The position numbers and the translations under genes are program-made. A stretch of DNA of 64,000 bases, from positions 9,966,844 to 10,030,843 of the forward strand of contig CM082588.2 of assembly GCA_040954595.2 (NCBI GenBank), in the 5' to 3' direction. Shown piece after piece: positions 39,701 to 50,085 of the stretch; within the stretch, counting starts at the first letter, position 1, and the number at the start of each line of letters is the position of its first letter. A model generated the notes under the pieces. The model ran no database searches. It was given only the letters and a program-made list of their open reading frames with translations, and was not told where the DNA came from. This stretch comes from Balanoglossus misakiensis (taxonomy: Eukaryota > Animalia > Hemichordata).

Positions 39701-41069
39701 AGAGCTCCATTGACTGGTCATTCATACTGTTTTCATTCATTCATTGCGGCATCAATATATTTTATCTATTCTAGCCAAAGAGCTTGGCACCTGTTGAAAT
39801 GAACTCATCTGCTGTGGGCCAGTTTATTGGTGGCAGTTGAGCTGAGGAGAGCACCTTCCTTCCCGGCACGCCACCAAGTAAAGTTCCACGCCGCCCACCA
39901 CAGATGCCAGCATTCATTCATGCGAGTGAGTGTAATTGCAAATTTGCCTATTCTAGATCTGTAATGGAAATGGAGAAAGTACCTTATATTTTCTGTAAAA
40001 TAGACATTTAATTGGCAAGCCGTCCTGCATCAATTATTAATTGTGTACATGCACTAAAGCGCCCTCACTGCTGGGTGTGTTGTATGGTCTTTAACCCTGT
40101 TTCAAATTAGAGTACTTTCTGCAATTTCAAGACAGATCTTACGTGCCATTGGAGAGCTCCATTGACTGGTCATTCATACTGTTTTCATTCATTCATTGCG
40201 GCATCAATATATTTTATCTATTCTAGCCAAAGAGCTTGGCACCTGTTGAAATGAACTCATCTGCTGTGGGCCAGTTTATTGGTGGCAGTTGAGCTGAGGA
40301 GAGCACCTTCCTTCCCGGCACGCCACCAAGTAAAGTTCCACGCCGCCCACCACAGATGCCAGCATTCATTCATGCGAGTGAGTGTAATTGCAAATTTGCC
40401 TATTCTAGATCTGTAATGGAAATGGAGAAAGTACCTTATATTTTCTGTAAAATAGACATTTAATTGGCAAGCCGTCCTGCATCAATTATTAATTGTGTAC
40501 ATGCACTAAAGCGCCCTCACTGCTGGGTGTGTTGTATGGTCTTTAACCCTGTTTCAAATTAGAGTACTTTCTGCAATTTCAAGACAGATCTTACGTGCCA
40601 TTGGAGAGCTCCATTGACTGGTCATTCATACTGTTTTCATTCATTCATTGCGGCATCAATATATTTTATCTATTCTAGCCAAAGAGCTTGGCACCTGTTG
40701 AAATGAACTCATCTGCTGTGGGCCAGTTTATTGGTGGCAGTTGAGCTGAGGAGAGCACCTTCCTTCCCGGCACGCCACCAAGTAAAGTTCCACGCCGCCC
40801 ACCACAGATGCCAGCATTCATTCATGCGAGTGAGTGTAATTGCAAATTTGCCTATTCTAGAATTCTTACGTGCCATTGGAGAGCTCCATTGCCTGGTCAA
40901 TCATACTGTTTTCATTCATTCATTGTGGCATCAATATATTTTATCTATTCTAGCCGAAGAGCTTGGCACCTGTTGAAATGAACTCATCTGCTGTGGGCCA
41001 GTTTATTGGTGGCAGTTGAGCAGAGGAGAGCACCTTCTTTCCCGGCACGCCACCAAGTAAAGTTCCACG
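33787..41069 (+). repeat. Left terminal array of unit A (177 bp, 11 copies) and unit B (~270 bp, ~20 copies), higher-order pattern
   Basis: Order ABABBB ABABBB ABBB ABABABABBB ABAB+partial B. The AB period is 452 bp and the copies are almost identical. Confidence 0.95.
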
Positions 41070-42859
41070 TGCATTCCTGGCCCTGGTTTTATTTATGTTT
41101 ACAGACAATATTGCATTTTTGTACAAGTATTTTAATCAACTATAAATTTTGAATGTGTCATTTACCTGAACCGGTCATGTTGACCAGAATGATACATTTC
41201 TGCCTTCACTCACCCTATAAATATGTGATTGAGACATAGGTCATTTGCATAAGCTAACATACCAGAAAGTAAGCATATCTGTTGTTTTCCCTGTGTCACT
41301 GCCATCAAAGTAAAAATTAGACGTTGTGTAGAGCAAACTCCAATTTTTTGTTCTCAATAAACATGGATGAATTACATAGAATGTGTTTGTTGTTTACAGT
41401 CTTTAAATGACACATTAGATTATGCACTTTACAAAACGTTTATGAGAAACAAGTGACTAACTAGTTTCTTTCCACTGTGGCCAACGTGGTTCACTGTTTG
41501 TGTCAGAATCTCTCTGTTTTGCAAGGATTTTGAAATCATAGTGGTGACATGCATAGTGAAAATCAGCTACTTTCAAATGTCCGTCATGTTCATGCTGTAA
41601 TTGAATTTTCAAAGCTGGGCTGGCGTGTTTTTTCTTATTTACATAAGTATCACACTTTATACATGTATCTTCATGGGGTTTTTTGAGTCCCGTATTTAGG
41701 TCCTCTCTCACAATTTTACGAAATATCGTATAACTGACAGTTGTTCTTCCCAGAAGAGATTGGTTGGTTATGAACTCTCGGTGTAACTGCGATATACTGT
41801 GGTCCGGCGCCAGGTACGGTTTAAATCGAGGATTCCTGCAGTAGTGAGATTCTACAATTATGTGCCTGCGTACGTGTTCAGTGATATCAGTCAGCAAATT
41901 TGGATTGAGTTTCCGACGATGCCCTTTGTGTCGGCCCCTTGCATCTGGCATCAGACCAGTAAAGTTCCATGTGCATTCCTGGCCCTGGTTTTATTTATGT
42001 TTACAGACAATATTGCATTTTTGTACAAGTATTTTAATCAACTATAAATTTTGAATGTGTCATTTACCTGAACCGGTCATGTTGACCAGAATGATACATT
42101 TCTGCCTTCACTCACCCTATAAATATGTGATTGAGACATAGGTCATTTGCATAAGCTAACATACCAGAAAGTAAGCATATCTGATGTTTTCCCTGTGTCA
42201 CTGCCATCAAAGTAAAAATTAGACGTTGTGTAGAGCAAACTCCAATTTTTTGTTCTCAATAAACATGGATGAATTACATAGAATGTGTTTGTTGTTTACA
42301 GTCTTTAAATGACACATTAGATTATGCACTTTACAAAACGTTTCTGAGAAACAAGTGACTAACTAGTTTCTTTCCACTGTGGCCAACGTGGTTCACTGTT
42401 TGTGTCAGAATCTCTCTGTTTTGCAAGGATTTTGAAATCATAGTGGTGACATGCATAGTGAAAATCAGCTACTTTCAAATGTCCGTCATGTTCATGCTGT
42501 AATTGAATTTTCAAAGCTGGGCTGGCGTGTTTTTTCTTATTTACATAAGTATCACACTTTATACATGTATCTTCATGGGGTTTTCTGAGTCCCGTATTTA
42601 GGTCCTCTCTCACAATTTTACGAAATATCGTATAACTGACAGTTGTTCTTCCCAGAAGAGATTGGTTGGTTATGAACTCTCGGTGTAACTGCGATATACT
42701 GTGGTCCGGCGCCAGGTACGGTTTAAATCGAGGATTCCTGCAGTAGTGAGATTCTACAATTCTGTGCCTGCGTACGTGTTCAGTGATATCAGTCAGCAAA
42801 TTTGGATTGAGTTTCCGACGATGCCCTTTGTGTCGGCCCCTTGCATCTGGCATCAGACC
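41056..42859. repeat. 902-bp tandem duplication containing the 3' half of the N-terminal transposase ORF
   Basis: 41056-41957 matches 41958-42859, with AGT microhomology at the junction. It produces the truncated ORF 41457-41951. Confidence 0.95.
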
Positions 42860-43315
42860 AGTTGAACAGTGCATCATTTTGCTTAGAACGGTTCTAGTCC
42901 GCCTCTCACTAATGCCAAATAATTTCAGGAATGCATTTTTGCAGACAGTAACCGTTTCACCGCCTTCATTCACCAGGTGATAACGAACCGATTTCTTGTG
43001 TGACTTCATCTGTATATCCATCAGTTTGTAGAGCATCAAGTTCTGTTCATTATACACGCGACCATCAAAATATTTTCTCGTGGTGCCTAAAACATGCGTA
43101 CTCCCAAGCTTCCGCAGACAATTCCCTTGAACGCAGGCGCATTCCAAGGAAAGACTGTCAATATCTGGAAAAGGGCGATTTTTCCTTGGTTTTTGTCTCG
43201 GACACGTCTTTTTAGAATTCCTACGTGGCTTGTTGGCTCGAGCTGACAGTTCGGTTCTGCGTTGCTGCCACACAGGAATGGGTTCCCACGCATAAGCAAC
43301 TCCCCGGCAGGCCAT
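42359..43315 (-). CDS. Sola-type transposase, N-terminal (Zn/DNA-binding) half, 318 aa
   Basis: Uninterrupted ORF from an accATGg start. Motifs CACVQGNC, EQNLML, YHL..VCKNAFLKLFGISERR, DARGRH, HVRR..ESHYCR..YL..SISQLHREF, VSYTIF..KPHEDTCIKCD..H..A, which I recognise from Sola1-type transposases. Confidence 0.8.
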   Translation of the reverse strand: MACRGVAYAWEPIPVWQQRRTELSARANKPRRNSKKTCPRQKPRKNRPFPDIDSLSLECACVQGNCLRKLGSTHVLGTTRKYFDGRVYNEQNLMLYKLMDIQMKSHKKSVRYHLVNEGGETVTVCKNAFLKLFGISERRTRTVLSKMMHCSTGLMPDARGRHKGHRRKLNPNLLTDITEHVRRHRIVESHYCRNPRFKPYLAPDHSISQLHREFITNQSLLGRTTVSYTIFRKIVREDLNTGLRKPHEDTCIKCDTYVNKKKHASPALKIQLQHEHDGHLKVADFHYACHHYDFKILAKQRDSDTNSEPRWPQWKETS

Positions 43316-43478
43316 GGTCACAGCTGAAGTATTTGTTCAAGTACTGACTGACTAAACGCGGCATGGAACAAACGAACGAACGACTTCACGTTCGGAAAAA
43401 AAATCGTTGCGAGCTGTTGGGTGCCTCTATAGTTGTCGGCAACCGTTCTTTTTTATTGCTAAACAATGCTGTCAGAGC

Positions 43479-44492
43479 ATGGAAGGTGTGGTGGAAAACG
43501 AACAGAGGTTTTGTACGACCAACGATTGGATGGTGCTACATATGGACTTCCACAAGTCATTGCCGGTTCCTAAACTCAGCTCTGAAGACTTTTACTTTAA
43601 ATCGAAATTGCAAATGAAGCTCCTTGGAATTTACAACGGGACAACGGAAAAGATGCATTGTTATGTATGGACAGAGCTCGATAGCAGAAAGTCTCCCGAT
43701 GAAGTTATTACCTGTCTAAATCACTTTTTTTATAACTCGGGTGTGACCAGCAGACATGCAGTTATTTACAGCGACAACTGCCGTGCCGAATTCAAGTGTG
43801 GGAAGTTAATGTTTTACTATGACTATCTGTTACGAAAGGGCGTGTTTCGACGAATTGACTATAAAACTCTTGTGGCTGGACACACGTACTCCACCTGTGA
43901 CCGAGTTTTTGCGTCCATTGAAAGGCATGCAAGTCGTTTCCAGAGTATAGAGACACCTCACGATTGGACATCTGTGATTCGAGGATCTTCTCTGAATGGG
44001 AACATTGGAGTTACGGAGATGACTCACAGAGACTTTTTCAATTATTCTGATTTCCTGAAAAATGAGTACGTTGTGCGTTATGCAGATACAAACAATGTAA
44101 CTTTTTACTACCAAGCCATGCACTATTTTAATTTTGGAGAAGGAGAAAGGCTTGATACCGACGGCAACCTCAGAACATTTAGTCATGCAGATAAAGTTTG
44201 GGTGAGAACATCTCTAGATCCAAGCGAGACCCCGATTGTAGTCGACTTTAGAAAGAAGAAGCAGAACCGGCGTTTACAAGATTGTACGCTGAACAAACTT
44301 TATCAGGAACGTCGACCACTGGCGAGCAAAGTTTGGCGGGATCTTCAGAGTTTAGCCAAAAATTACCTGTCTCCGGAGGCAATAGAATTTTATAGGAATC
44401 TACCGCTTCAGGAGAGTAGTGGCACCTCTGCAGACCCGTACGCCTTTCATGATGATGACGACGACGATGATGATGATATGGGCGGTGGTTGA
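43479..44492 (+). CDS. Sola-type transposase, C-terminal catalytic DDD half, 337 aa
   Basis: Uninterrupted ORF from agcATGg. Motifs HMDFHKSLPVP..FYFKSKL..CYVWTE..EVITCL, IYSDNC and LVAGHTYSTCDRVFASIE give three candidate catalytic Asp. Acidic tail. Confidence 0.85.
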   Translation: MEGVVENEQRFCTTNDWMVLHMDFHKSLPVPKLSSEDFYFKSKLQMKLLGIYNGTTEKMHCYVWTELDSRKSPDEVITCLNHFFYNSGVTSRHAVIYSDNCRAEFKCGKLMFYYDYLLRKGVFRRIDYKTLVAGHTYSTCDRVFASIERHASRFQSIETPHDWTSVIRGSSLNGNIGVTEMTHRDFFNYSDFLKNEYVVRYADTNNVTFYYQAMHYFNFGEGERLDTDGNLRTFSHADKVWVRTSLDPSETPIVVDFRKKKQNRRLQDCTLNKLYQERRPLASKVWRDLQSLAKNYLSPEAIEFYRNLPLQESSGTSADPYAFHDDDDDDDDDMGGG

Positions 44493-44882
44493 ACAAACTG
44501 TCCTTTTCATGACGACAGTGATTTTGGATATTTGATGTGCGTGCACAGTTTATATGTAATATTTTCACACGAACGAGTTTTGACTGAATTTGATTAAAGA
44601 ATGTACTCGATAATTAACAAATGTGCTGAATCGTGGTTATTATGTTGTTAATTTTTGTTTGTTTGTTTGTTTGTTTGTTTGTTTGTAAACAATTTCCGTT
44701 CATTCAACTGGCTACAAAGTTGGATTTTTGTACTGGGAAGCGATAAACTCGCACATCAAAACCGGGGAGACTCGATCATTTTTCCCTGCAGGTAGCCTGA
44801 AAAGCACCCGGGCAGAGATTACGTCATATATGGTCCACTTTAATACGAAATTATGCAAATGTGACATTTCACGGAAACGGCG

Positions 44883-44892
44883 TATATAAAAG
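44883..44892 (+). promoter_or_regulatory. TATA box upstream of the SET gene
   Basis: tatataaaag about 100 bp upstream of the ATG at 44984. Confidence 0.45.
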
Positions 44893-44983
44893 CGACCCTG
44901 GGCTATTGTTCGGAATGCGTCATCGACGAGAGAGTGACTGATAATTCTTCTACCTCGAGTCAACCATTCTGTATATACTGAAC

Positions 44984-46310
44984 ATGGCTAGCTGGCGCAG
45001 GAAGAGACAAGGCAATGTGCGGTCTGTAATCAACGAACGGCACCGCTCAGTTCAGTGTCCCTTTCTTCAAAAGTGGATCGGTGAGCAATTGGTATTTTCA
45101 GGTCGTTCAGAGGATGAAGTCCAGTCCAGTACTGTATTTGAGAGCTACAAATGTTGGGTTGAAAACTATTCGTCGGCGGACAATCAAGTAATGATTATGG
45201 TTACTAAAGCTCGATTTTTCAAGGTGAGAATGATCGCATTTTTCTTCCCCCCCCCCCTCCCTCCCCCAAGGGACTCGTTTTCTGTCTCTTTTAAACCTGT
45301 AACTTAACGAAAAGGAAGTTTTTCACATATCTCTTTGTTGACACTATAGCAATTTGGAGCGCGGATGCTTCAAGAGAATAGCGTTACCAAATCAAAGTCG
45401 GCCGGGGTTAATATTTATAGAGGTGTTCGTCTGAAAGCTGGTTCGCGAAGAATCTCAACGGGGAAACCTGAGCACAGTGTACTTCAGACCAGGGCAAGGG
45501 CATTTCTTGATGACGCCAGCGTGACCGTTCCGATCGAGGTAAGAATGGTGTTTTGTTTGGACTAGGACAATAGAACGTTGCAATGAGTGTGTCAATGGGT
45601 GTCCAAGTGCAAACGTGGTCGGCTTCTGTCCACAAATGCCATTAATTTTAGGCAGGATTTATAAAATTGTCAATGAAGAATACAAAAATGAAAAACAATA
45701 GTTAATAGCAAACGGGTAGGATTGCAAGGGCTTGTAAAACGGTACACACTGTACCAGGAAGTTTGCAACACTAATGAAGAATGTATATGATATATTTAGG
45801 TGAGAACTGTTCGCGATCGCCGGGACGCAGGACGGTGCGCGTTTTCGACGAGGGATCTTCAAGCCTGGAACGTCGTCTGCGAATACCGGGGCACGGTTAT
45901 TAGCGTTGAAGAAGCTAGTCGGCGTGATGAACTTTACAGGGCAGAGGGGAAACGACCACGCATGTTTCATCTCTACATTGGAAAGAGACACGTTGTGTGA
46001 GTGTATCACTTAGTCGAATATATGGTCATATATTGCAAAGCATCTGTCGAAATAGAAAACGTAATATTGTCTATATTTTCCTCATTAACGCAGCATTGAC
46101 GGATACGATGTCCCAGCCGGTGAAGAAAATTTAGCGGGCCTAATAAATCACAGTCAGCAGAACGCCAACTTGGTACCGGTTCGGATCGGAGAGCGCCTGG
46201 TTTTCTTTGCAACCAGGAATCTTTGTCAGGGAGTAGAGCTTTTGTATGATTACGGTGACGGGGGTGAAGAGGATTTCTTCAGTGGTTCTCAAACTTTTCC
46301 TGAAAATTAA
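44984..46310 (+). CDS. Winged-helix-like N-terminus + SET-domain lysine methyltransferase (SETD8/PR-Set7-like), 4 exons, 280 aa
   Basis: GT-AG exons 44984-45223, 45350-45538, 45800-45996 and 46094-46310 join in frame (843 nt). SET motifs: GRCAFSTRD..VCEYRGTVIS..EA..R, IDG, GLINHS..NL, FFATRNL..GVELLYDYG. The N-terminal FLQKWI..VFESYKCW..FFKQF..YRGVRLK resembles an RFX/D5-type winged helix (inference). Confidence 0.82.
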
Positions 46311-47214
46311 GGCATTAACACATCAACGCTTCGGGATGTCGTAACGGCGGCAAGGCGGGGGGGGGGGGGGCGTGAAAATGTTTGTATCAGGAACAAAATT
46401 CCCCTGCAAATCACCTTGATCCGGGTGGGTGGACTATTCGCGACAAATGTTGAAATCATACAAAGCATTTTACTTAATTAACCCATTTTTTTTTCATTTA
46501 TTTGTTTACAGTTTACAACGTCATAGAGAAGTTGAACTAGAGACTGGATCAGCGTGGGTGACACCATAGTACACCAATGTTTTCTTCCGTTTGAATCAAT
46601 TGTAATTTAAAACTGAGATTGCCTAACGCTTTCCCAGATTTTTTTAACCACTGAGAAACTGTGGGTTTTTTTCTGGGTTTTGGTGCGAGGTGATCTCAGT
46701 CAGTGGTGTTAATTTAATTAATCATTTTATTTTCCTATTTACGTCGACTGAAATATATTTTGATAGGTGATAGTCATACCATAAAAAAATCTTACGGCGC
46801 GACTGCCAAAATGTACATTTATTTGTCCGTTCCAAGTTATTTTGTGTATGTGTGATGGGTGCCGGTGACTGTGCAGGGTTGATTTCCCTAGAGCGACTGT
46901 TATATTCGTTTTCCAACGATGATGAATTTACATGTTATTTGCTTGGCATTTTGACGCAGAGACACTTCTGAAAACACAAACCTATTAATTATGCCACGGG
47001 TGTAAATTGATCACATTAAAAGAGGCTTTAGACGTTTGCCGCGAGCTCCTGGTGGGCAGAATCTTGTCAGCCCAAATTTGACTATAAGTACATAGCCAAT
47101 GATATGACGCTCTCCCACATCCTTCGCCGCGCCTTTTCGCTGATTTACAGCATCTTGCGTAAACACTGTCATTTGATCTTGCTTGGCAGAAGTCAACTTG
47201 CTCTATACTACATT

Positions 47215-47580
47215 ATGGCGGCCAAGCTCAACTGCATATCAGATAATGCCAAGGAGCGTTTGAGAGGCATCCTCGCCAGAAGGAGTCGCGTTTCCGGTGA
47301 CTGTGTGCTCTGGACGGGTGCAGCTTGTCGAAACGGCTATGGCTCTATTACGTTCAAAGATGAGAACACTCTAACCGCCTATGTCCATCACATTGCACTC
47401 CTAATTAACGGAGTGCAATTGGTGGGCAGGCGGTTAGAGTGTTCTCATCTTTGCAACGAAAAGCTATGCATCCGCCCAGAGCACATTGTCCAGGAAACGC
47501 GACTCCTAAACATTTCACGAAAGACGTGCTTTAAATCCCCAAAAGGGGAGTGTCACCACGATCCCAGGTGCCTAAGGTGA
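47215..47580 (+). CDS. His-Me finger (I-PpoI-like Zn-binding loop) endonuclease, 121 aa
   Basis: CVLWTGA..NGYG.I...YVHHIA..ECSHLCNEKLCIRPEHIVQE...NISRKTC...C.HDPRC, i.e. the SHLC..C..P.H..E..N..R..C..C.H.P.C His-Cys-box pattern. Confidence 0.88.
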   Translation: MAAKLNCISDNAKERLRGILARRSRVSGDCVLWTGAACRNGYGSITFKDENTLTAYVHHIALLINGVQLVGRRLECSHLCNEKLCIRPEHIVQETRLLNISRKTCFKSPKGECHHDPRCLR

Positions 47581-48554
47581 GTAATCCTCTTCTCATTTGA
47601 TATGTATTGTGTGACCCTGCAGTTGAAACGCTTTCATCAATAATTTGCGGCGCGTGGGTAATCTCGGTGTTATTGACAATGCAGCCGGCCCAAACATTTT
47701 TAAATTAACACTGTTTCTGACTGTATTAACGAAATGTCCAATTTGCAAGTAGCCTATAGACAACCCTTTTGAATGAGTTTTGTCTCGTTGAGATTTTATA
47801 CATAAGGAACAATCTAGATTTATTTTAGAAGACACTGTTCTTTTAAAACAGCTAGCATAATACAGCTAAATTTCGGAATTTCCGGACAATTTTCGGAATT
47901 CCTTTTAAATTTGAGAAATTTTTCATCAGATATAAGTGTTACTATTTATTGGGCATGTTTTTATCATTGTTTACTTTTTAAGGTCATTCTCATCCCCCCC
48001 CCCCCAAAAAAAAAGCCGCTTTAGGCTTCATGTTCAGTAAAAAATCTGGAAAGTTCAGCTGAATTTTACACTGATCACACATTTTTGGGAAGGTCTGGCG
48101 CAAAATAAAGGATGACAAATGTAAATCTAATGTCACATTTGTAAACCTCTAAGTATTGTACACTCATTCTATTAAGTATATGCAAATAGTACGGATAATT
48201 TTTTCGGAATGTGGAATTCCGAAATTAGTTCGGAACGTGTTAGCAGTGAAGAGATCACCACTGAGGGTTGGAAGGCCTTGCCAGAAATTAACGCGTAAAG
48301 TACGCCCTCACAGGCCATGTAAACAAGGTCAAATAAGGCCGTCTGGCAAACGAATGATTAATTCAACGCGCCATTTGAGCCGAGCTGAGTTGGTCTGAGT
48401 TACGTATCACACAGACTTAGGCTGAATGTCAGTGGAGTAACCAGTCCGTTTTAGATTTACCAATGATGTGAATTTAATTTCTTCACCCAGAAAAACAGAA
48501 CACAACTTGTCTGCAACATGATGCTGGAGGTGACACATGACAGAGAAGTGGATC

Positions 48555-48890
48555 CGCGTTGTCAACACAGATGCCAGCATTCAAAAGGGGAGTGCCACCT
48601 GCTAAAATCAACTCATCTGCTGTTGGCCCATTTTACCTGTGGCAACTGTTCAGAGGAGACAACGTTTATTCCGTGCAAGCCAACACGCAATGTTGGGGTC
48701 TACCTGTCAACACAGATGCAAGCATTCATGTGAGTGAGTATCAGGACTGACCTTGTATTTGCTGAATAATTCATAATGCCTATTTTAGAATTCTTAGAGG
48801 CATTTGGAGTTCATTGCCTGGTCAACCAAACTACACCCCTTAACAGCTGAAACAAAATGCGTATTGTGTTCATTCATTCATTGCATCAAT
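48555..48890 (+). repeat. Degenerate relic of array unit B
   Basis: cacagatgccagcattca, cacctgctaaaatcaactcatctgctgt, gcctattttagaattctta and cattcattcattgcatcaatatat are recognisable but diverged and rearranged. Confidence 0.7.
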
Positions 48891-49209
48891 ATATATAGGC
48901 AACATGAGTATCAAGTAGCACTATTTGTTTACGATTGTATTCATGAAAACTTCCCACTAACAATTCCACAGTTAATATTGAACACATTTATCCAACAAGG
49001 TCAAAAGAAAAAGGGAATCTTCTGGTTCCAAAATACGCCACAAATGTGGGTCAACATACAGTGAAATATTATGGTGCTCAAATATGCAACATATCAAATC
49101 TGTCTCATCAAAGTCATGCTTTAAAAAAGAATTGAAAAGGTATTATTTATCCATTTGACTGCTGTATTTTCAGAAGGAAAACAAACTGAATTTGGTTTTT
49201 CATGTACAA

Positions 49210-50085
49210 ATATTTTCTGTAAAATAGACATTTAATTGGCAAGCCGTCCTGCATCAATTATTAATTGTGTACATGCACTAAAGCGCCCTCACTGCTGGGT
49301 GTGTTGTATGGTCTTTAACCCTGTTTCAAATTAGAGTACTTTCTGCAATTTCAAGACAGATCTTACGTGCCATTGGAGAGCTCCATTGACTGGTCATTCA
49401 TACTGTTTTCATTCATTCATTGCGGCATCAATATATTTTATCTATTCTAGCCAAAGAGCTTGGCACCTGTTGAAATGAACTCATCTGCTGTGGGCCAGTT
49501 TATTGGTGGCAGTTGAGCTGAGGAGAGCACCTTCCTTCCCGGCACGCCACCAAGTAAAGTTCCACGCCGCCCACCACAGATGCCAGCATTCATTCATGCG
49601 AGTGAGTGTAATTGCAAATTTGCCTATTCTAGATTCTTACGTGCCATTGGAGAGCTCCATTGACTGGTCATTCATACTGTTTTCATTCATTCATTGCGGC
49701 ATCAATATATTTTATCTATTCTAGCCAAAGAGCTTGGCACCTGTTGAAATGAACTCATCTGCTGTGGGCCAGTTTATTGGTGGCAGTTGAGCTGAGGAGA
49801 GCACCTTCCTTCCCGGCACGCCACCAAGTAAAGTTCCACGCCGCCCACCACAGATGCCAGCATTCATTCATGCGAGTGAGTGTAATTGCAAATTTGCCTA
49901 TTCTAGATCTGTAATGGAAATGGAGAAAGTACCTTATATTTTCTGTAAAATAGACATTTAATTGGCAAGCCGTCCTGCATCAATTATTAATTGTGTACAT
50001 GCACTAAAGCGCCCTCACTGCTGGGTGTGTTGTATGGTCTTTAACCCTGTTTCAAATTAGAGTACTTTCTGCAATTTCAAGACAG
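49210..50085 (+). repeat. Right terminal array: partial A, B, B, complete A
   Basis: Same units and orientation as the left array. It ends exactly at the ACAG of unit A. Confidence 0.95.

Larger units (their letters stand above)
33787..50085. mobile_element. 16.3-kb Sola-like DNA transposon bounded by 177-bp TIR-bearing direct repeats
   Basis: Begins CTGT and ends ACAG with ATAT on both sides (33783-33786, 50086-50089). The same 177-bp unit A forms both ends (33787-33963, 49909-50085), and its termini are imperfect inverted repeats (19/24). The interior encodes a Sola-type transposase, a SET protein and a His-Me nuclease. Confidence 0.8.

Noticed and set aside
34559-40976. Repeated 70-81 aa ORFs (MVAVELRRAP...)
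   Set aside because: They are by-products of unit B with non-ATG starts, variable ends and no recognisable domain.
33787-41069. CRISPR-like repeat-spacer array
   Set aside because: Both alternating units (177 and ~270 bp) are repeated, there are no unique spacers and no cas genes, and the context is eukaryotic.
44657-44685. (GTTT)n tract after the catalytic ORF
   Set aside because: An ordinary microsatellite with no further structure.
33787-50085. LTR retrotransposon or KolobokP
   Set aside because: There is no gag/RT/integrase and no TG..CA ends. The TSD is ATAT rather than TTAA, and the transposase motifs are Sola-like rather than Kolobok-like.
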